Origin: an uncultured Gammaproteobacteria bacterium
GTDB lineage: Bacteria > Patescibacteriota > Microgenomatia > Daviesbacterales > UBA10151
NCBI GenBank assembly: GCA_964636275.1
Contig: CAZWRN010000002.1
Coordinates: 9,910 to 73,909 of the forward strand
Length of the DNA: 64,000 nt
Direction: 5' to 3'
Part shown: one piece after another, positions 57,948-64,000 of the stretch
How positions within the stretch are numbered: position 1 is the first letter of the stretch
Layout: every line of letters starts with the position of its first letter
Program-made: the position numbers and the translations under genes
The notes under the pieces: model-generated
Told to the model about the DNA's origin: nothing
What the model saw: the letters and a program-made list of their open reading frames with translations, nothing else
The model's database searches: none

Positions 57948-58084
57948 TTGCAGAATATAACATAGTTCACGCCTAAAGGAAAGCCCAAGTAGCAGATAAA
58001 ATTCGAAACGCGAAGCACGAATTACGAAACAAATTTTGAGATTTTGATCTTATTTCGCATTTCGGATTTGATGCTTCGAATTTT

Positions 58085-59473
58085 CTAGTTATTCAGCTTC
58101 TCAGCTAGCTCTTTTTGCTCTTTGGAGAGTATTTTTTCTTCGTCAATGTAGCCTTTTTCAGTCTCTAAAAGCCACTCACTAGCCTCCATTTTGGTGACAA
58201 TCGCCTCCAGGTGAGTTATTCGAATGGCAATTATCTGATTGATACGGTCGACATCAGCTTTATGCTCCTGGTAAAAATTGTTCATCTCCGGTGCAGTAGC
58301 CACCGAGGCCCAACCTTCCTGAACTTTTTTCAATGAATCAAGACCGCTTTTCCATGCCTGAATCTCCTGTGTGGTGTAGCTCGGCGGTATATACCCCCCA
58401 GCTTGCTGAACTATCACTTGAGTTGGACAGCCATTGATCTGGCCTTGGACTTCGGCAATACCGATATCTTCCAGTTCGGGATCCAGCAAAAATTTTTGCC
58501 ATTTAGGAAACTCAAAAATATTTTCTCCCAACTCTTCTGCTTCATAATAGCCACGAATAAAAGCTTCTGCCCACTTTGGATTCCAGTAGCCTGCTTCAGC
58601 CATCGAATCCTTCATTGTATATCCAGACTTGGTAGCTTCAAAAGAAAAATCATTAAATTTGAGGACATTTGCCCCCCGTAGAGCAGCTGATTTGGCTAAA
58701 GTATCATTTAATTTCAAAGGTTTAAGCCCTTTAGTAAGCCTTTTTTGGTTGATGATCTCGACATATTTAGCTTTATCTAGTTTGATCCTGGTGTTGGGGT
58801 TGTCATCATTACTCGGATCACGCCATAAAGAATCGTATTTACCCAGCTGTTTTTGATAAGGGAGAACGTGCGCAATATCAATCTCATCTATCAATCCCAG
58901 CTCATAACGGGAATCACTACTACCTTTTCGATTGTCGCCGAGGACAAAATATTTTTGCTCAGGTATTTGGAGTGGCGTACAATCAGATAAAAAATCACCT
59001 CCAAATGTCGAATGCGCCATCGCCGTGTAAGGCTCTTTGAGTGTTTCTCCGTTTAAAATCACCTGGCCATCACGAATTTCAATAGTATCGCCTGGCAGCC
59101 CGATTAGTCTTTTGACAAAGCCTCTTTTCTCATTATATTTTTCTGAGGTGATTTCATCAGTTTTGGTATTTTCGAAATCGACAATATCCCCTCTCTGCAG
59201 TGGCCTGGTAAAAAATGACTGTCCAAAAAGTTTTATTCCACTGGGATAATAATACATATCTATTGTGGCCACAGTTTGCTCAGCCAGGTTTTGAGGATCA
59301 TCGCCTTCACCTTTAGGAAAAGTCGGATACATCGAGCCGGTACCGGAAAGAGCAATTTTCTCAGTCGCAATCCCTGTAGGTGCCAGCAAGATCCGCCTGG
59401 TGTCCTGATTATGATTTAGAAGTAGGCTAACTAAAACAATTGCTAAAAAAAACAGTAAAATTTTATTTAACAT
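58085..59473 (-). CDS. lepB: Signal peptidase I with ~250-aa C-terminal extension
   Basis: Box B GTGSMYPTF (catalytic Ser) and box E VLGDNRKGSSDSRY. 462 aa overall. Confidence 0.7.
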   Translation of the reverse strand: MLNKILLFFLAIVLVSLLLNHNQDTRRILLAPTGIATEKIALSGTGSMYPTFPKGEGDDPQNLAEQTVATIDMYYYPSGIKLFGQSFFTRPLQRGDIVDFENTKTDEITSEKYNEKRGFVKRLIGLPGDTIEIRDGQVILNGETLKEPYTAMAHSTFGGDFLSDCTPLQIPEQKYFVLGDNRKGSSDSRYELGLIDEIDIAHVLPYQKQLGKYDSLWRDPSNDDNPNTRIKLDKAKYVEIINQKRLTKGLKPLKLNDTLAKSAALRGANVLKFNDFSFEATKSGYTMKDSMAEAGYWNPKWAEAFIRGYYEAEELGENIFEFPKWQKFLLDPELEDIGIAEVQGQINGCPTQVIVQQAGGYIPPSYTTQEIQAWKSGLDSLKKVQEGWASVATAPEMNNFYQEHKADVDRINQIIAIRITHLEAIVTKMEASEWLLETEKGYIDEEKILSKEQKELAEKLNN

Positions 59474-59522
59474 ATTTTAATTATAAGCTATCTGATTTAA
59501 AGAAAGGGCTACGTATTAGGAA

Positions 59523-60002
59523 TTATTTTTTGGATTTATAGACCAATTTGGCAGAACCCGCTAGATCGGTGAGGTGAACACGCTCGTCCGTACTAACTTT
59601 AGGCACAGACTGATCGACAAAAGACTGGTTAATATCTTCAGCATTAGCAGCTCTTTCTCTTACCAAACCAGGGGGTTCGTTCGTCTCTGTATTTGGCCAA
59701 TATGGAGCCTGCGTTGGAGATTTATTGACCTCATTATTGTATTGATCATACATCCATGGATCACCAAGAGAAGCAGATTTCAACATATCTTTTTTGTTGG
59801 CTCTGGTATCAGGATGACCATTGCTACCTGAAATATAAGCTTTGGGCATCTCAAAAGTATTCATAACATCCGCTTTTAGAACTTTACTCTCCAGGATAGG
59901 TGACTCCACCACAACATTCTTTGGAAGCTGATCATCGGGTTTATCTTCACTTGATTCAGTTGGCATACTTAAAATATTAGGACCAAATGAAAGCCAAGTC
60001 AA
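59523..60002 (-). CDS. Hypothetical protein
   Basis: 159 aa, low complexity, no TM. Confidence 0.3.
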   Translation of the reverse strand: MTWLSFGPNILSMPTESSEDKPDDQLPKNVVVESPILESKVLKADVMNTFEMPKAYISGSNGHPDTRANKKDMLKSASLGDPWMYDQYNNEVNKSPTQAPYWPNTETNEPPGLVRERAANAEDINQSFVDQSVPKVSTDERVHLTDLAGSAKLVYKSKK

Positions 60003-60117
60003 CGGCGTGACATAATTACATAGTGTAAAAAAATTAATTTTTGACGCATAGATGTTTTCAAAAAGATTGCTGGTTTTTTGGGATTATCCTGCCCTACTTA
60101 CTACTACCTACTTACTA

Positions 60118-60633
60118 CTATCTAATTTTTGAGCCGTTGGGGACTTTTTCTGAAGGCATCAGAGGTGAAGGTCTCTCTTCTCCTTCAGCTGCCATGATCA
60201 TTCCCTGAGACTCGAGTCCCATCATTTTACGAGGAGCCAGATTGGTGATAAAGACAAACTGTTTACCTACCAGCTCTGCTGGTTTGTACCATTGTTTGAT
60301 CCCTGACAATATCTGGCGGATCTCATTGGGATTTTCTTCAACTGATTTAACCGTGTCAGTGACTTCAATAGTGTCATCTGCATTCTGAAGAACCTCGGCT
60401 GATTCGCTATTCTTTTCATCTGTCATCTCAACTCCACTGTCATTCTGAGGCGCAGCCGAAGAATCTCTTGACTCGTTTGAGATTACTGGTTCAGTAGTTC
60501 CAACTTCTTCTTGAGCTTTTGGCCCAAAGTCGACTTGTAGCTTTAACAGTCGCTCGGATCCCTCAATCTCCTCAGCAGAGATTACAGTTCCAACTTTAAA
60601 CTCAAGTTTTGCAAAATCTTCTATTGTTATCAT
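60118..60633 (-). CDS. tRNA-binding (EMAP/Trbp111/CsaA-like) domain protein with acidic insertion
   Basis: MITIEDFAKLEFKVGTVISAEEIEGSERLLKLQVDFG...GKQFVFITNLAPRKMMGLESQGMIMAAE. Confidence 0.65.
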   Translation of the reverse strand: MITIEDFAKLEFKVGTVISAEEIEGSERLLKLQVDFGPKAQEEVGTTEPVISNESRDSSAAPQNDSGVEMTDEKNSESAEVLQNADDTIEVTDTVKSVEENPNEIRQILSGIKQWYKPAELVGKQFVFITNLAPRKMMGLESQGMIMAAEGEERPSPLMPSEKVPNGSKIR

Positions 60634-60764
60634 AATTTTATTTACCTATTCTCTTTCTGTCATGCTGAATTTATTTCAGCATCTTCCAACTTAATTTAAA
60701 TGATATCTTAATGATTATCATTTATCTTTATCAATCCATCACCTTGGAAGATCCTGAAACGAGT

Positions 60765-61769
60765 TCAGGATGACAAAGATGTGATAGTTCCTAAACCAAC
60801 TTTAGTTTTAACCTGCTGTAAAGTCTCTTCTGCCATTGGGCGAATTTTATTTGCACCCTCTTGGAGCATCTTTTCAATTGTTTCTGGATTTGCCATCAGC
60901 TCCCGATATTTTTCCTGCAAAGGTTTTAAGGCCTCAACTACTGTCTCTGCAACTTCTTTTTTGAAATCACCATAGCCTTTGCCGGCAAAATGCTGCTCAA
61001 TTTCTTGGCGAGATTTCCCTGTAAGGTTTTCATAAATCTCTAGCAGGTTATAAACTCCAGGTCTGGATTCGTCAAACTTCACGATCCCCTCAGAATCAGT
61101 TGTGGCTTTCATGACCTTAGAACGAATCAGCTCTGGATCATCCAGCAAATTAATCCGGCTGTTGGCTGATGGATTGGATTTACTCATCTTTTTAGTTGGG
61201 TCATCCAGACTCATGACTCTGGCTGCAATCTGAGAAATTTTAGGTTCGGGGAGTTTGAATGTTTCTCCATAAATACTGTTAAACCTCTGAGCAATATCCC
61301 GAGTTAGCTCTACGTGTTGTTTCTGATCTTCTCCCACCGGAACTTCATCGGTCTGATAAAGCAAAATATCGGCCGCCATTAACACTGGATAGTCGTATAG
61401 TCCCGTGCTCACTGATTCTTGTTGATCACCCGCTTTATCTTTGAACTGAGTCATCCGATTGAGCCAGCCGGTTGGTGTGAAGCAATTTAAAATCCAGCCC
61501 AGCTCAGCGTGAGCTGAAATATCGGATTGAACAAAAACGGTCGATTTTTCAGGATCCAAACCCGCAGCAAAATAAATTGCTGCCAACTCTCTAATTTTTA
61601 TTCTTAATTCCGTTGGATCTTGTGGGACGGTGATCGCATGCATATCAACAATGCAAAAAATATTGTCTGTTTCTTCTTGCGCATCAACCCATCTTTTTAA
61701 TGCACCTAGATAATTGCCTAAATGCAAATCTCCTGATGGTTGTATTCCTGAAAAAACTCTTTTTTTCAT
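60765..61769 (-). CDS. trpS: Tryptophan--tRNA ligase
   Basis: The HIGH-class SGIQPSGDLHLGNYLGA and KMSKS. Confidence 0.9.
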   Translation of the reverse strand: MKKRVFSGIQPSGDLHLGNYLGALKRWVDAQEETDNIFCIVDMHAITVPQDPTELRIKIRELAAIYFAAGLDPEKSTVFVQSDISAHAELGWILNCFTPTGWLNRMTQFKDKAGDQQESVSTGLYDYPVLMAADILLYQTDEVPVGEDQKQHVELTRDIAQRFNSIYGETFKLPEPKISQIAARVMSLDDPTKKMSKSNPSANSRINLLDDPELIRSKVMKATTDSEGIVKFDESRPGVYNLLEIYENLTGKSRQEIEQHFAGKGYGDFKKEVAETVVEALKPLQEKYRELMANPETIEKMLQEGANKIRPMAEETLQQVKTKVGLGTITSLSS

Positions 61770-62482
61770 TGTGTTGTTGCCCTTATTGTATGTGGTTGAT
61801 AATACTTCTGCAATAAAGCTTCTGCAAGGACCGATATCGAATTAAAACTTGGCACTTTGTATTTGGTCGGGAAAACTATTGGCAACTCAGTACAGCCCAG
61901 AATAACTGCCTCTGCACCTTTGGAAACCAATGAATTAGCAATTCTTATTAGTAAAAGTTCCTCTCTTTTTCCATTTTTACCGGCAATTACCGATCGGATA
62001 ATTTGCTCCAACTGCTCAATTTGTTTAGGATTTGGCAGAATACTTTCAACACCAGCCTTTTTAAATGCCTGACTATACAATCCGGTTTTTAACGTTGTTG
62101 GCGTTCCCATCAATCCAATTTTTTTATACCCGCCTTTTTGAACCTGCTTTACCATCTCATCAATCATGGAAACAAATGGAGCTTTAGTCTCTTTTTGCAG
62201 ATCATCTAGCAGTAAGTGGGCAGTGTTACAGGCGATTGAAAAACACAGCACTTGTTTTGGATCGATCATTTTTACTCGTAACTTCAGCATTTTGAGGGCT
62301 GCTTTTTTAGAGCTTTCATCCGAAATAAAATCCGGCACAGGGACGGATAATAAAGCAATATCAGGGAACTGGTCATTATGAACGGCTCCAAATTTTTCAA
62401 TCGACAACTTGATCAAAGTTTTATACATGTACTCTGATGCTTCAGGACCCATCCCGCCTAAAATGGCTAAAGTTTTTTTCAT
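61766..62482 (-). CDS. Aspartate/glutamate racemase family protein
   Basis: LAILGGMGPEAS N-terminal motif. Its two ends overlap trpS and the upstream gene by 4 nt each. Confidence 0.7.
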   Translation of the reverse strand: MKKTLAILGGMGPEASEYMYKTLIKLSIEKFGAVHNDQFPDIALLSVPVPDFISDESSKKAALKMLKLRVKMIDPKQVLCFSIACNTAHLLLDDLQKETKAPFVSMIDEMVKQVQKGGYKKIGLMGTPTTLKTGLYSQAFKKAGVESILPNPKQIEQLEQIIRSVIAGKNGKREELLLIRIANSLVSKGAEAVILGCTELPIVFPTKYKVPSFNSISVLAEALLQKYYQPHTIRATTQ

Positions 62483-63756
62483 CGTAACCTCCTTGCAACT
62501 TCAAGAAATCTTTCCATTCCCCCTCGATTGTGAGCGACTAATGCTAAATTTTTGTAGTCTAACAATGCGGATGGATCAAAAGTAGAATTTACATCTATTC
62601 TATCTCTGGCACCTAACCCCCCTTGGTATGGAAAATCACCAGTTTCCAAGTAATCGTCGAGAGCCAAATCAGTTCGCCCATTGTTGGCCATCAGATATGG
62701 AGGAACCCCTTGCCTGGATGAGTAAAAAAGCGTTTTAACGTTTTTTAGATCTGGAACAGCTTCACCCAGAGCCATTCTCAGGCGATAAAAATCCCTTTCT
62801 TGAACTCCGCCGATAGTGGTAATAGTACTAGGCACGACTTCAGCTGCCTGATCTTCAAACATCGGAACCAATAAACCTGGGATATATCTATCATGCACCA
62901 AAAAATGAGCTGTGGCATACGTATCAGAGTTGTTTGCTCCTCCGTGATTTTCACCCTTTGTATTCATCTTTCCCTTTAACTCTGTTGGCACTCTTTCCTG
63001 ATAAGCGTGTTTTAATGTTTTGGCAGCATCTTTGGATTCATTATTTTCATTTATTCCTACTGTTTCCATAAATACCATCCTATGCGCTACATGAGGGAAA
63101 AATGTATTTACAAATTCTTTGCCTACTTTAGCCATTAGCTGGGCCTGCTCTTCGGCAATTTGGAGATCAAGATCATTTACTGCCGCTGAAATACGATGTG
63201 TAAAAATAAACTGCATTTGAGGAAGAGGCAAACCTCTGCGGTGCAGCGCTTCCAACATTACTCCTCCCTGAGTTAAGTACCCCAAACCCCTGGCTGGCAT
63301 TCTTTTTGTTCCGCCAAAAACCGTTCTAATAACATGATCAGGCTGATCTGAAGCAAGCGATAGATCTTGCATAACCGGAAGAAAATGATGTAGATCCAAA
63401 GCTCCCATTCCTTCAATATAAGACTCTCTTTCTAGTGGAGTTTTTTCGCCTTTAGCTGTCCGACTTTTTTGCTCAAGATCCACCAGCAACATCGCTTCGG
63501 TGGCTGCAACCAATTTGGTATTAAAGTTCCCAATTGAAACTGCATCAGCTCCCTTTAAAGGAAACTCTCCCATTGTTTGGCTAATTGCATGTAGATCTCC
63601 TCCCATGATTTTTCGTGTTTCGCCATTACCTAAAAGTTGCAGTGAGCTCTGGTCTAAAGCAGTCGCCACTCTGTTGCCGGTTTTTTTCCCATACCCAAGT
63701 TCAGCCAATCTGGCAGCTGCCTGTTGAGGCCTGATATTTTTTTCTTTATAGTTCAT
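62479..63756 (-). CDS. Conserved hypothetical protein (first gene of trpS-containing operon)
   Basis: 425 aa from the MNYKEK start. The ORF track extension to 63852 reads through a hairpin/U-run leader (FFFVP comes from the U tract) and is unlikely to be coding. Confidence 0.5.
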   Translation of the reverse strand: MNYKEKNIRPQQAAARLAELGYGKKTGNRVATALDQSSLQLLGNGETRKIMGGDLHAISQTMGEFPLKGADAVSIGNFNTKLVAATEAMLLVDLEQKSRTAKGEKTPLERESYIEGMGALDLHHFLPVMQDLSLASDQPDHVIRTVFGGTKRMPARGLGYLTQGGVMLEALHRRGLPLPQMQFIFTHRISAAVNDLDLQIAEEQAQLMAKVGKEFVNTFFPHVAHRMVFMETVGINENNESKDAAKTLKHAYQERVPTELKGKMNTKGENHGGANNSDTYATAHFLVHDRYIPGLLVPMFEDQAAEVVPSTITTIGGVQERDFYRLRMALGEAVPDLKNVKTLFYSSRQGVPPYLMANNGRTDLALDDYLETGDFPYQGGLGARDRIDVNSTFDPSALLDYKNLALVAHNRGGMERFLEVARRLR

Positions 63757-64000
63757 ATGTTTCTTTCTGGGCACAAAAAAAGCCCTTGCGAACTCATTAC
63801 CTTGTTTAGATGCTGAAATGAGCAAACTCCTGCTTCGCAGTAAGTTCAGCATGACAAAGTTACAAATTCACAAGGGCCCACTAGGCTGTACCACCTTGTT
63901 GTTTCAATCATTCATGACGTTCTTACATACCAATGCTTCGATTCACTATCGTTCACTCAGCATAAACAAACGCTACAGTCTTTTTATGAGTTTCGTCTCT
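63757..64000 (-). promoter_or_regulatory. T-box-like leader (partial; antiterminator/terminator) upstream of operon containing trpS
   Basis: On the minus strand, ACAAGG-UGGUACA-GCC(uagug)GGC-CCUUGU matches the T-box antiterminator architecture. Its GGUGGUAC 8-mer is identical to the T-box core. A terminator stem CCCUUGUGAA/UUCGCAAGGG and a U7 tract follow, 18 nt before the ATG. Confidence 0.45.

Noticed and set aside
57282-57960. ORFs antisense and alternative-frame in the ftsH N-terminal region
   Set aside because: ftsH is unambiguous, so these are frame artefacts.
60058-60117. Direct repeat CTACTTACTACTAC x2 in intergenic region
   Set aside because: It is a short simple-sequence duplication with no further feature.
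63757-63852. N-terminal extension MLNLLRSRSLLISASKQGNEFARAFFVPRKKH of the 62479 gene
   Set aside because: The sequence encodes a strong hairpin and a U-run (FFFVP), so it is better explained as RNA leader than as protein.

Overview
This is an AT-rich (by eye, high 30s % GC) bacterial chromosomal segment with very dense coding, mostly on the minus strand. Genes are short and often overlap by 1-4 nt. TGA is used as a stop codon, consistent with the standard code 11. The gene content points to a reduced-genome bacterium of the CPR/Patescibacteria type: ATP-dependent DNA ligase, an archaeal-type EndoQ-like PHP nuclease, isopentenyl phosphate kinase, a Pol I without a proofreading domain, and many secreted or surface proteins. 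This placement is tentative. I found no rRNA, tRNA or CRISPR array.

The content breaks down as follows.
- 1-11.9 kb: a cell-envelope and surface island with GT2, a cupin, an internally duplicated membrane protein, an O-antigen-ligase-like protein and several secreted proteins. The secreted proteins carry FN3/Pro-rich linkers, a phage tail-fibre-like protein with a C-terminal S74 intramolecular-chaperone domain, and a dockerin-bearing glycoside-hydrolase-like protein.
- 11.9-19.2 kb: an isoprenoid cluster with UppS, a polyprenyl synthase, an ECF sigma factor, isopentenyl phosphate kinase, a Nudix hydrolase, IspG, a type-1 IDI and IspH.
- 19.3-31.5 kb: hydrolases and DNA-repair genes, namely HAD, a kinase fusion, Pth, Nudix, HD, an EndoQ-like protein, TatD and an ATP-dependent ligase.
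- 31.6-36.3 kb: a small signalling neighbourhood. It holds a GGDEF cyclase flanked by two small proteins, two of the three genes driven by near-identical promoters. It also holds a Crp/Fnr regulator with a perfect CRP-box upstream, and a Fic/Doc-like protein with a degenerate motif.
- 36.3-64 kb: housekeeping genes (RecF, Fpg, GT4 x2, NrnA, PolA, FtsH, SPase I, TrpS) plus a lipid-linked glycosylation/ABC exporter cluster.

The most interesting non-coding signals are two structured 5' leaders. One lies upstream of a SAM-dependent methyltransferase (51.1-51.3 kb). It has a Cys-rich leader ORF and mutually exclusive UGGGAGG/CCUCCCA pairings that could act as a terminator or sequester the ribosome-binding site. 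The other is a T-box-like antiterminator/terminator at the window end (63.76-64.0 kb), heading an operon that contains trpS.
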